Positions 38,578 to 50,602 of a stretch of DNA of 64,000 bases are shown one piece after another. How positions within the stretch are numbered: the first letter of the stretch is position 1; each line of letters opens with the position of its first letter. Below the pieces are notes generated by a model. That model made no database searches. It had not been told where the DNA came from and worked only from the letters and a program-made list of their open reading frames with translations. The translations under genes and the position numbers were made by a program. The stretch comes from Anthoceros angustus (taxonomy: Eukaryota; Plantae; Anthocerotophyta), in assembly GCA_010909165.1 (NCBI GenBank), contig MU008199.1:452248-516247 (forward strand), given 5' to 3'.

Positions 38578-39233
38578 CTACTTGGACAGAAATGCAGTGA
38601 TCGGGCTAGTCGGCGCACGATCAGCACCTGCAAAATGGAAGTCGAGCTTCCTTTGAGCATACATCCATGCGGAGGCTTTAGGCAAAACCCCCCTTCTCCC
38701 AGCTTGCAATGCCGTCGACTTGGCATCTGTCGGCTCCTCTCCGACCTGGACCCCTCGTTCTGACAGTGTGCGCTGCAAGGCCTCAAGGGATCGCTTAGGC
38801 TGCTGCAGAGCAGCAACCCGGGTCGGGACTGGCGGTGATTGCGGTGCAACAAAGTGAGGCCGCCCCGGTGTCCGTGACCCCGACATTAGGAACCTACGTT
38901 TCCTCGTCTTCATGTCCCCTTCCAACTCCGCAACAATCTGGCAAGCAGACTGTTTCGCTAGCTGCATCTCACTGCGATAAGAGTCACACAAGCGGAGCAC
39001 GTAAGAAAAAAGAAAACACGTGTCCTCCACCAACGTTGCTGCAAACCAAAAGGGAGAGTCTCGTCTCACTTCAACTCCGCCTCTACACACTCCAGCCTCG
39101 CCAGGGTTGCCTTGAGCCGGCCTTCCGTGGAATCGATGAGTCGCTCCACCTTAGCAAACGCCTCGTCCAGCTTGCTCTTCCCGTGGGAGACGCCTTGCCC
39201 TTGCGCTAATTCCCCCTCGGAGCTCGTCATCAT
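38578..39233 (-). CDS. Orphan coiled-coil protein, paralogue A (2 exons, 185 aa)
   Basis: Exon 1 39233-39070, intron GTGAGA..CGCAG, exon 2 38971-38578, giving an open 558-nt frame. Homologous to paralogue B, with many synonymous differences. Confidence 0.75.
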
Positions 39234-39408
39234 TCGGCTAAGCTCAGACAGCAGGCACTTGCCTCCGAGTCCGCGCAACGGAATTTGGCACAAGGCTTTG
39301 AGCGACGAGGAAGGCCCGCAACAAGAGCACGGACAGCTCGTCGCTCTCCACGACCGGATTCGTGCGGAAAATGATCGCCAAGCGCACGATGCCGCAAGCC
39401 TGCGAGAA

Positions 39409-39432
39409 CGTCCCCGTCCCCGTCCCCGTCCC
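39409..39432 (-). repeat. (GGGACG)4 G-quadruplex-capable repeat upstream of orphan A
   Basis: The plus strand reads (CGTCCC)4, which gives four G-tracts on the coding strand. Confidence 0.75.
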
Positions 39433-39939
39433 GCAGAGAAGCCGCAGGTCTGCGACGCGGGGACGGCCTGCGCTGTGACGTGACATGAGACGAGGAAAAG
39501 CGGAAACCAAGCGTCAGCTGCCGCAACCGACTCCCGTGAAGCCGAGCCGGTCCAAACAAGACGACGCCAGCAGCAGGCCTCAGCGCCCGAAAGGGGGCAA
39601 CGAGGAGCACGGCAGCGGGCGCGGCAGCCATCATCTTCCCCGGCGGGGAACCAGCCGAGCGCGGCAGGTGACTGGCCCTGAGCGCAGCGGGGAATCGGAA
39701 TCAGTCAGTCGGCGCTGCGACAGCATGATAGTCTCGCGAACTGCGCAACAGCAACAATTAAGGGGCAGGCACGGGCACGAAAGCACATGCAATGGCGCTG
39801 CAGATTTCAGAATGCAGAGCCTCCGTTTCCAGCCCGGCTCGTAACCCTAGGCATCGGGGCCAAAGCTCAAGGGCGCTACAACAGAACGTACATCGCATGC
39901 CGCGGCGCACGGCGTGCGATGATCAAGGTTGAACAAGTC

Positions 39940-40590
39940 TCAAGACATGCTAGTGGCGGATGCCGCGCTGCTGCCACTTGCGAGCTTGTAATCCAGCGTC
40001 CTCCGGGAATGCGTCCACACGGAGGCCTTGGGAGGAGCTCCGGCGATGTTCTTCCTCCTGTAGCGAGCGATTCTGTTGAGGAGATCGTCTCCCAGCTGAA
40101 TTCCCCTCTCCGACAGGATGCGCTGCAGGTTGTCCAGGGAACCCCTAGGCCGCGCATGAGCCGCCCGCGTCAGCCCCGGGGGCGTGGAAAGCGTGATCGG
40201 CACCGGGCTCCCGCCTTTCCTCTTGCTCCGCCTCTCAGCCATGTCCCCTTGCAGCTCCGCCACGGCGCTGCAAGCGCAGTGCTTGGCCAGCTTCATCTCA
40301 CTGCATGCCAGACATTGCTCGGCATCAGAATCATAATCTGTAGACTGCAGGCCTGAAACAAGAATTGATGCAACAGGAGACAATCAGGGTTCGACTCACT
40401 TCAACTCCGCTTCCACAGTGTCGAGTCTGGCCAGGGTCGCCTTCAGCCGTCCCTCCGTGCGGTCAATCAGCCTCTCCAGCTTCTCAAACGCCTCATCCAG
40501 CCTGCTCCTGCTCTTGCACAGCGCCAGCTCCGGATCCAGCGGCCCAGGGGACAGGCACACCGCAGCGTCCGACTCCGGCTCCCCCGTCAT
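39940..40590 (-). CDS. Orphan coiled-coil protein, paralogue B (2 exons, 183 aa)
   Basis: Exon 1 40590-40400, intron GTGAGT..TGCAG, exon 2 40300-39940, giving an open 552-nt frame. The phase-2 intron is at the same position as in paralogue A. Confidence 0.75.
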
Positions 40591-40947
40591 GGCCTACTTT
40601 GTGCCGGGGCCGCGGGAGCTCGGGCTCTCAAACCGCTCCACATTATTCCCTGCAGGCCGCAGCAGCAGCAGCAGCATTCGGCAGGCGCTTCGTAACGCGC
40701 AAGGAGTCGAGGACGCGGCCTGGTGTCAGGTTCTGCCGCGGCAGGGGCGTCGCAGTGCAATATCGCAACATTTCTTGCAACAGCAGGATATGCCAACTAC
40801 GGAATGCGAAGGCTGGGAGAGAGGAGCAGCGCAGAGCATGGCGCAGCGGCTCTGCTGGCTCTGCTGGCTCTGCTGGCTGGGGAGCCACGAGCTCAAGGCC
40901 GGGCCAGCACCACTCGTCCGCTGCAGTCTGAGCTGCAGAGGGTCCTG

Positions 40948-40977
40948 CCCCGGCCCCGGCCCCGGCCCCGGCCCCGG
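40948..40977 (-). repeat. (GGGGCC)5-type hexanucleotide G-quadruplex-capable repeat upstream of orphan B
   Basis: The plus strand reads (CCCCGG)5. Confidence 0.8.
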
Positions 40978-41733
40978 AGGCCACAGCTCTCATATCATGA
41001 GCTTTCCGGACGGCCTGCAGGTGGCTGCAGTCACCCTCCAGGCTCCAGCTTGTCGCCACCATGCCGGCGTTGCCACGCCTCTCGTTTCTGCATTACTCTA
41101 TTCCGTCTCTGACACAACAGAAAACCGCTCCGTGACCCGTCAGATGGCCTGGGAAGGGAAGCCCCGGACTCCTTCACTTTTGCTTTTATCAACCCCATAT
41201 TGACCGGGCATGGAGCTCGAATATCTGTGCGATAATTCCGAAAAATAGGTCTTTCTGGATCTGGTGGTTACATTCATGGATGGAAAATTCTGCAAACATC
41301 CGTGAACCCTATCTTGGACATGGGCTTTCCGACGCGCCGATCCTTGTCCACATTGATGCCCAACAGACCTAAAGAATCGGGAGCGGTTCTTTTGGTCGTT
41401 GAAGAGCGGGCCGCCCTTTCTAAGCGTAGTTTGTGCTCTGCGCCCAACCAGAGCGTGTTGTAAGCATATCGGCATACGCGGACACGGACACGGAGCGTGC
41501 ATGTTTGGACCCATAACCGCGGACAACTGCCCAACAGAGCCAAAGAATTTCATTTTCCACCGAGCACTGCAGAGTTCTTACACAAGCCATGGCTTAGGCC
41601 AAATGGACAACCATTTATAAGAACGCCATGATTAAGCATCCTTAGATCGGTACTTAGATGGGGTGCTTAAAGGGAGTGGATGCCCTTGGTGGAAGTAGCT
41701 TAGGCACACCATGGTACAAGTTGTGAAGTACCA

Positions 41734-42114
41734 AGTCCCATGATAGAAATCCGTCCTCAATGGACTTAAAATTCTTCTTCTTCTTCTTCTTCTTCATGGC
41801 CTAACCCAAACCAACAACCGAGACTACCTATTGTTGTCAGCTGGGAATGGGTGTGGACGAGAGAAACACCTTCAGACCACATTCTTGACCATGGGTAAAC
41901 TATGGGCCCCAGCCGCTTCTAAATTTCTCTCCCTGATTTTTTTGTCGAATAGGTAGTCGAACATCTAGAGGTCACGACCATGCCGGAGGGGGAGTGGCTA
42001 ATTTTCATGCACCACAAAATTTTCCATTCCAGATCGTGGAGCTCAAAGTTTCGTTTAGAACAAGAAGAAGAATTTTATTAAAGTCCACTAAGGACGGATT
42101 TCCGTCATGGGACT
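41734..42114. mobile_element. MITE-like element with about 50-bp imperfect terminal inverted repeats
   Basis: Left AGTCCCATGATAGAAATCCGTCCTCAATGGACTT..AAAATTCTTCTTC. The reverse complement of the right end is AGTCCCATGACGGAAATCCGTCCTTAGTGGACTTTAATAAAATTCTTCTTC. No clear TSD. Confidence 0.6.
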
Positions 42115-42209
42115 GAAATATCATAACTACATAGATTGTGGTAAAATAGTCTGGACTAATGTAAAGGTAAAATTTAAACAAGACAAATAATCTTCAATCA
42201 ATCAACAAT

Positions 42210-42642
42210 GTCAATGAAATTGCGTGAACGAGGGCCAAACACCACCAATTCATCCCTACGAAAGAAAGCCAGTTGACCTGCAGCACGAGCTACTCTGAAA
42301 GCGGATAACTTCTCCTTCATAGTCTTCCATTGCAATGGTGTGAGATCCTCGTTCATATATTATTGATTTGTCCGTAACATAGACCTAGCTAGCTTCATAA
42401 CCCGGAGGCGACCATCCATAGAGTGAAAAGTCATGTCAGATGGCAGTAGTGCGCTCCCTACCAGGATCCTTTCCAAGCCAGAAGGCTCGAGGAACCACCA
42501 CATCGACCTCTAGCCTATTGAGAAACTCCTTTGCAGCCACAAGTGGTGCAACAATGTCATCACCAAGACCAGAAATTCTCAAGTTCAAAGCACGGCGAGC
42601 ACGGTCCGCCGTCTCGGAAACAACAAAGTTAGAGGAGCTCAA
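42210..42642 (-). mobile_element. Degenerate LINE ORF1-like remnant (RRM plus C-terminal domain)
   Basis: RARRALNLRISGL, then across frameshifts RLRVMKLAR..YMNEDLTPLQ..ARAAGQLAFFR. This pattern is typical of L1-type ORF1 proteins. Confidence 0.55.
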
Positions 42643-42999
42643 AGTTTCGTTTAGAGGAGCTCAAAGCTCCTCAACCAATTAGGGGTTAACCTTTTAACCA
42701 CGGAACATCTCAAATTGAGACATTCTAATGGTAAGAAATTGTTTACGGGCAAGCGTTTATATCACCATATTTTTTTTAGCTGTTGTTAGAATAAAGCATG
42801 TCATAGATTGTAGGATAGAGATTCGATTAGACAACGTTGGTCACAATTTTTTGAATTTTTAAAACATATAAATCAATCCAAAATAATTTTTATAAATTTT
42901 TTTACTAAAATTAACTAAGAAATGGTCGTGGTTCTAGGAGTAAAGTGATATCATTATTATTTGATTGACCCCACAATGTCGGAACAACTGAAATTGAGC

Positions 43000-45950
43000 C
43001 GTTCTGGGTGAATTCTTTCTTTTAGCGGAATTAGGCATTAAAAATCCCATTTAAATCGGAATTCTTCTTCCAACTACATTTGCTATTGATTGGACTAACT
43101 GCTTTTGGCAAGAGAAACAATGAAACGAAACACCATTGAAACGATGAGAATATGAATCACCATAGAAACATACCTTTGCCACCGGACATCCTGTGACTTT
43201 GAACATCCTTTGCGGACACATCTGCCACAATGAGAATATGAATCGCCATAGAAACAATGAGAAACTGCTGAAAACAAATTTTCTCATGGAGGCTGAAGAC
43301 GTCCGAACCAAGATTTTCCGGCGATGTGATGATCCTGCCGCATTTCGTTCGGCCAGCTCAAATGCTGTAGGTGTCTAGTTCCCCAAGTCTGAACAAGTGA
43401 TGTAACCCCGCCAATTCCTACAATGGCAATGCCAACACGATGAAATGCTGGAGTGGAGCTCCACCGTAGAGCTCGGGATTGCATTGGCCATTTCTTGCAC
43501 ATGTTTGCAATGCGTTCAAATCTAGGAAGAACTCAAGTTTCTAAATGTAATTGTTTTTGTTCTAAAGAGATTTGGCATTCAGATCGTCAGTTTTGATAAT
43601 TTTGTGTGTCGGTTTGTTGTACTGAGTGGATGTAGGATGAAGCATGAGCACGGCTGACAGATGTGTCTTGTCTCGCAAACCAGCCCAAGAAACCTGCATC
43701 CCCGTACCCCGCTAATTGTTTCGATTGATATGCTAAATCCATCACTAGGTGGAATTTGACAAATAAGAGAGCGTTGAAAAGCTCTCTATTTGGTGATGAC
43801 AACCCTTGTTTTTGTAGAAATTAAAATGATTTAATTTATGATAAATAAGCTTAAATATAATTTCTTCTTATTTTCTGGTCAAACAATACCCCAGAACGCA
43901 CCGTCATTTTGGATTAAATTATCCTGGAAGGAAAGTACAAGTCATGCTAACTTCAAAAAACAATAGTCTAGGCCCGTGACATCACAAGAAATTGTGCCGA
44001 GAAGCTTTCTAAGGTTCCAAGGGCCAAAAGGCAAATCTTTTTTACATCCCACTTGTTTAGCAGGCCACTTAGTGAGAGAACATTGGAGTAGTAGCAAGCG
44101 GGCCCCCGAGAGTATGTCTTAAGAAAAGAGTGGTCCAACGAGAAAGGGCAAGCGAGTAAAGATGGTTATACCTATGTGATATTTTTGGTGTAATATTATT
44201 TGAATACCTATATGATATATTGTACAACCTCGTAAGCTTGAAAGAGGTTTGACGATTCCCAAAGTGCTTTACGCTTGACAACATCATCGATTCATTTATC
44301 GATAACACCAGTAAAAGCTTTGCAACTAATTGATTCAAATCCTTTGTGAAAAGCTTGCTGCAAAATCCGCAATTTTGTTAGAGTTGTCTATGGAGCTAAT
44401 GTTTTGAAGAATACGGGAGAAGTTACAGAATTAACTGGGAGGTGGGCGTTATAATAAAACAAGAGACAAAGGATCTATATGAGAGAATCAATTAAAGTTT
44501 GTATTGTGTGAGAAAAACTGTAACAAGACTTTGAGTATAAGGTAGATGAGACTAGCCTTTCTATGGAACATATCTGTTTAATTAAAATCACAACCGTAAA
44601 CTTACAATTAGGATTCTTTTTACACCTATTCACACTACTCGCATAACCCTCTAAGTGCTAAGGTCGCAATTATAAATATATATAAAATTTTTGTATTTAA
44701 TGTATGATACGAATTGGAACTTTTTTTTTGGTGTGCCTATTCTCTGTTATGTTTGTATGCAATGATTAACCAGCCTGCCATTCCATAGCCACTAATCATG
44801 GAGGCGCTCGTTGAGCTCCTCCTGTGACAGTTTTGAAGAATTCAAAGCCTCATCCGGCTCGCAACCAAAGATCCCCTAAAAGAAGTATCTTCAATGATAT
44901 AGATCATCATCTTGTAGTCAACGGGAGTCTAGGGTTTCTACTAGCTCCAAGGCTGTGGTCGTGTAAATAATGTAAGAAGAAATCCTAATCTCACTGTTTG
45001 ATTGCAAAAATTTATTGGGAGGACAAAGCATAATTGCTGGCATAGACGTGGGAAAGCAATTAGAGCAAGGCAAAGCAAGGATATTGGCCACAACAACAAA
45101 ACAAATAACATAACAAATACATGATTCTAGTTCTTGAAAGTTCCAACAAGTCCATAAAAGCCATGTGGACCTTGGACTTCTACTTAGAGCAAGTACCGCA
45201 GTCAAAGCCGAGCAAGGCGACAAGGTTAGTGGTTACAAAAATCAAAACTAGTTTAGAACTAAGAAAGCAATCAAAGGTTGGCACAACAAGGTTGGTGGCA
45301 GTATAAGTCAAGGCGAGTGAGTTATAAGGAGCCATTGCTCTACATAAGCCATTGCGGTCGTAAAAGACTTAGTTGTGAGGAGGCATCACATTGAAGAACC
45401 AAGACAACAATTTTCACCAACGACACAGCACGCAATGGCCAAGGCTACTTAATGTTCAAACAATTATAGGGCTCAATATAAATCCCTTTGTAAAATCATA
45501 AACTATAGGATGCTGGTAGACTACGACCAAGGGCATCTATGCAAGCATTATATTAAGATGATCACGGTAGTACCCAAGATCATGCGCACTCTTTCATTCT
45601 TGCATAAATTTATGCAAACTATGTATATCTCCATCATCTAACATGCTTGGAAGAGACAATAGAAACTCAAAGCCAGATTTGGATAGAAATACAAAAGGAA
45701 GGTCTCGCCACTAAAAGGTCTGACTGAAGGAAACACAATGTGCCCAACAACATCGATACGACATCTATGACAAGTAGGTTAAAGAAATAAATTATATAAA
45801 AGTTATAAATCAAGATGAATACTTATAAAGTGATCTCGGATGTTTTAAGTGAAGGAAATATTTCACAGAAGTATTATGACATGCACACACTTGAGTAAAC
45901 TTGCAAGCCATAATATGAGGCAACCTCGACTTCACCACTAGGTATGTAGT
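43000..45950. mobile_element. AT-rich degraded transposon-derived DNA, unassigned
   Basis: No spliced gene or long ORF. Stop-rich in all frames, with short internal duplications (ATGAGAATATGAATC.CCATAGAAACA twice). Faint gag-like traces only. Confidence 0.3.
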
Positions 45951-48300
45951 GTGCTGAAGGAGTCCCGTCGTGGACTAAAAAAATAGCAAGTCCCGTCAAG
46001 TCCCTTAACGCTTCGCTCCCTGGCCACCTACCCTCTTGAGAAGTGCATTCTTTCGTGTGACGATGCCGTATGTTTGGGGCATGCCCTCACGCGGCACTTG
46101 TTCATTTAGCATACACATCTTACGTACACTTGCATGTGTGTACATACTTCCTTTCATTTGGTTCAGCGGATATGTACGTAGCTGCTCTTCTTCACGTGGA
46201 GCGCCAGCCCTATGTGTGGCCGCAACCACATCTCCGATTTTCCATATCCATCTGCGCAGAGCAAATTGCGGCAACCACATGCTCGCCGGTGATCCCACCA
46301 CTCTGCGGACAGACATGTGAGCACAAAGCCGCTCCTGTCGCCTCCGAGTCCTCCCCGCACCTACCTTCAAGATGTCCATCCAAGAGGCGAGTGGCATCCA
46401 GCATTCCACGGTATGTTCCCAGGACAATGGTCATCCTCTCCGTCCCATCCTCCTCTCGCTATAGACTGTGTCCATATTTTTAAGCCCGCGGTCCGTGGCG
46501 TCTGGCATTGCTGACGCCCTCCTTTAGAGCAAGCAAAGATCACATCCACACGCATGCTGCAGTGACTAGTCTATCCCAACATACAGCGATGACCATGCTC
46601 CTAAAGTCGCCACATATAAGATGCTGCCTCCAGTTCGGTTTTCCGCATCTAGGTCTGCTTTTCAGCTTTCCTGCTTTGGTCTTTGCGAGCAAGATGTGAG
46701 AACTGAGATTCTGGTCTCGCTAACGGTGCTCACCTTCCTAAAGTTCCTGTGTGTGTCTAATGCGGCTGCGGTTGCGGCTGCGGCTGCCGCTGCCGCTGCC
46801 GGCTGTTCCCCTGTTGTCAGGTTGTAGATCATCAGCCATTTTGTGTGGTTGTGTCCTCTAGCGGGCGGGCGAGGAAGGTGGCCTCTGGCCATGGCACGGA
46901 AAACGAGCGGGCAGGGCAGGGCAGGGCCCCGCCAGGTCCCATTGTGTGTGTGTCGGGCCGGCGCAGGGTTACGGACTACGGACGCTGCATTGCTGAGCGC
47001 CGAGCTGGGGCCACTTGAGGGGGGAGCTGTCGACTGCTGGCTATGGCCGGCACTTTGACCGAGGCCGGGCCAGACCACTGCGGATTTGAATGCGGGTTTC
47101 ATGCTTTGCCGCCCACTCTTAACTCTGGCTCGCAAGCGGGAGCTTTCGGAGGAGGACGCTCTCATTGAAGCCAACGCACTGCCCTAAAATCCGCGTTCCC
47201 ACTCCACTTATGGGGATTGATATTAGGCTCAAAGCATGACACGTGAGCCGGTCAGTGGCACAGTGGCGCAGTGTCATGATGCCGCGCCTTTTCCCGATCT
47301 GTAGCAGCCTCACGCTCCGTTTGTACATATGTGCTATTATCATATGCTGTCATGCGTCCATGCGCGGCACGAGCATCTTTTCTCCCTTTCTTTACTACCC
47401 ACTGCCGCCAAGGCCACCCGCCCATTAGCACAAAAGTAACCTGGACGGCCTCGAGCTTTGGCCCGTTGCGCCGCCTTCCGGGGCCAAATTACGGGGCTGG
47501 GCCGCGACGGGACGGAACGGAAAAAGGGCACTGCCACACGAACCTCTCGTGACGGCATTGCTACAATGTACATTACATACATGCATACCGGGCCTGTACG
47601 ACTCACGACTCTCGACTCTCGACGGAGGTTACCGGGGCTTTAGATTTTGCCGGGACCCCGAACGTCGGCCGTCGGCCCGGCCGCGCGAGGCTGCACTTGC
47701 TAACGGGACAAGGGGACGCCCGGGACCGGGCCCGGGCCCGGACCCGGACCCGAGCCCTGGCTGTTGTGTGGAGTCTGTCGCGACTGGCGCAGGCGCGATT
47801 TGTCATCCCGCGGTGTCAGGCGTGGACACGGCGCTGTGAGGCGAGCCGGCAGAGGCGCCTGCGGAGCGGGGGACAATTTCTCCCTCCCTGCCTTTCTGCA
47901 TACCTGCGTGCGTAGCGCTCTCGGCCTTTCCTGCGGCTGCACAGGAGTATTTGCTTGGAGTGTGCGATCAGGCTGGTCGATTGCGAGGGGGAGCTGAGTG
48001 TTGCGCATCCCTGAGATGCGACCAGGGCCGAGGAATTGGAGGGGAAGTTGGAGGCGGGGTAACGTGCAGCAATTTTTGAAGCGGGGCAGGCCTGTCGCTC
48101 ACAGGTGAACGTGAGAGAAGCCGTGGTATTGTCCAATGTCGGTTCGCAGGTTTTAGGAACTCGGAGGAAGTACGATTGTGTGAAGACTAGAAAATTGGAG
48201 TCCGGAGTCACTGTTGCGTTGGTTCGAGTTGTCAGAGTCGGATGTTGCTCTGTCTTTTTTGTCTTCTTGCCCCTGTCTCCACCTGCAGTAGCATTTCCTG

Positions 48301-48455
48301 CGCCTTCTCTTGTTTCACAATTTCGGCACCAGGGGGTGGTGCGACTGGATGCCTGTCTTTTGTTTTTTCATCTCGACCGCCTTCTCTTGTTTCACAATTT
48401 CGGCAGCAGGGGGTGGTGCGACTGGATGCCTGTCTTTTGTTTTTTTCATCTCGAC
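48301..48455. repeat. 77-bp tandem duplication upstream of the LRR gene start
   Basis: 48301-48377 is repeated at 48378-48455, with one substitution and a T-run length difference. Confidence 0.9.
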
Positions 48456-48704
48456 TCCGAAATTTGTTGTTTCTGTGGATGATTGGGACGGGGTAACGGC
48501 AGCTCCAAAAGCAAAAACCTGCGGGGGATGTTCTAACATCGTTGTTGTGTGTCTGCTACTTGTAGCCTTGCGGAGGAGACCCTGTAGTCAGATATGGCCG
48601 TCTTATCCCGGTCGTTGCTGCAGGTCACTGTATGTTGGTGATGGACGAATAGAGTGGACGTACAGGAGCACGATATTTCAGAAGCTGGTCCTGCTGTTTC
48701 TACA

Positions 48705-50098
48705 ATGGCACACCTTCGTCCCCACGGCTGTCGGAGAAAAGAAGACGAGCTATCAGCAAATCTTTTCCTGAGTGTGGCCTGGACAGCGCTACTTTTGATG
48801 CAGGCGGATGCCGTCACTTTTCCGGCTGATCGACAGGCGCTTATCGATTTGAAGTCATGTATAGATCCGTCCACGATCTCCTTCTCTTCCTGCCTTGGTT
48901 CATGGGACTTCGATTATGATCCGTGCGAACCACAGTCCTCGGTCGTCTTCGTGTGCGGATTCTCTTGCCAGCCGGGATTGCAAGGGCAAATGCGAGTCAC
49001 GCGACTCACTCTGGATTACGGTGCTTACGGAGGAGCACTGTCACCAGCGATCGGCAACTTATCCGCGTTGCAGGTAAGGGAGCGATCATCCTGGTTGTTT
49101 GTTGCTGTTGTTTCGCGAGCTTTTGCGCGCTTCAATGCCCCGTTTTGGACCTCCACCTTAACGCTTGTCCTGGAGTGGAACAGGAATTGGATGTGTCTGG
49201 CAACTTTTTTGAAGGGAGCCTTCCCGACAGTGTTGGCCTGCTCTCGCAGCTGCGACGCCTGGACGTCTCGAACAATGGACTGTCGGGAGCTATACCTGCC
49301 TCTTTGGCTATGCTCGGAAGTCTACAATACATGTCGTTGGCGAATAACCAGTTGCAGGGCCGCCTCCCGTTCTTCTTCAACCAGCTTACACAGTTGACGG
49401 AGCTTTACATCAACAAGAACTCCTTCACCGGGCCCTTCCCCATTCTGCGTGATCTCACTCGGCTTCAATACCTGGATGCAAGTGCAAACAGGTTTTCAGG
49501 TCACTTGCCCTATGGATTGCCCTCAGGTCTTATTCGGCTCTCACTGAGAAACAACCAAATCGCTGGCTTGTTACCTCGAAACTTGGATCTGCTAACCCAT
49601 CTCGCAGTCCTGGACCTAGCAGGCAACAATCTACGCGGGCGTATACCCTTCCCTCTCTTCCAACTTCCATCTCTTCAGCAGCTGAACTTGTCACACAACA
49701 GCTTTTCCAGCATCAGTGTTCCAAACATGGAAGGAGTCGGAAGTGTGCTGGTGGCAGTCGATCTGAGCTTCAATCTCATTGCTGGTAACCTTCCACCGAA
49801 TTTCGCTTACATGCAGCATCTTCACGCTTTGTCCTTGCGTCGAAATCGGTTCACTGGGGCCATTCCCCAGCTATATGCAGAGAAGGTGGCAGGGAGAATT
49901 CCAGGTGTGGACAAGCTTGATCGCCTATTCTTGGATGAAAACTTTTTGACTGGGGAAATCCCTCCGCCGTTGCTTTCACCCATGCCAAACTTGACTGCCA
50001 GTCTTGTGGATAATTGCTTAGACAGCTGCCCGTCCTATCTGGAGTTCTGCCGAGGAGGTGACCAGAGGTCGCCATCAGCGTGCGGCAAGCCTCTCTAG
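48705..50098 (+). CDS. Secreted leucine-rich repeat protein (LRRNT plus plant extracellular LRRs; no TM or kinase), 2 exons
   Basis: Hydrophobic signal-like segment, DRQALIDLK..WDFDYDPC..CGFSC LRRNT, intron 49074-49183, repeated LxxLDLSxNxxxGxIP units, C-terminal LVDNCL..CP..C..GDQRSPSAC. Confidence 0.9.
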
Positions 50099-50602
50099 GT
50101 TCGACCATGTGATCACAGGGACAGGTACCTGGTGCTCACACCATCTGTGAACGCAAGGGATAATCCTTATTGGCGATATGCGCCCCGCCAACAGCAAGAT
50201 GTGTGCACGTCCACCTTGGCTTGCCTTGGAAGTGTGGTGCTCGTCTACAGGTGCACAAGGTGGCAATGTGGTTTTCAGCGCATAAGATGTAGGAAGTAGG
50301 TCTGAACAGGATTTCCGCAGCGTGAGATCATGAAGATATGATCCTACTGCCCGAGATCATCGATTTCTCATTCTTTTGTGTCAGTTCTTAGGCAAAAACA
50401 CTTCAAGTGTGCTGGAGAAACACTCTTTTCAGTAAACGTGAGATGGTGACGAGATCGATTGATTCCTCTAGGATAAGCTGACAGCAGTGTGTCCCAGTCA
50501 CAGCCACAACCGGGCAATACCTCAGCCCGTTGATGCCTTCGTAAATCCAGTCTCCTGATGCACTGTCGGAGTGTATGAAGTGACCATGAGAAAGGCGAGA
50601 GA

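Noticed and set aside
46005-46560. Cys/His-rich degenerate frames resembling a SWIM finger or transposase fragment
   Set aside because: The metal-ligand spacing is incomplete and broken by stops, so I cannot support any family call.
46662-47174. 170-aa minus-strand ORF with a poly-Ala tract
   Set aside because: Non-ATG start, low complexity and driven by a GCN microsatellite. No motifs or splice partners were found.
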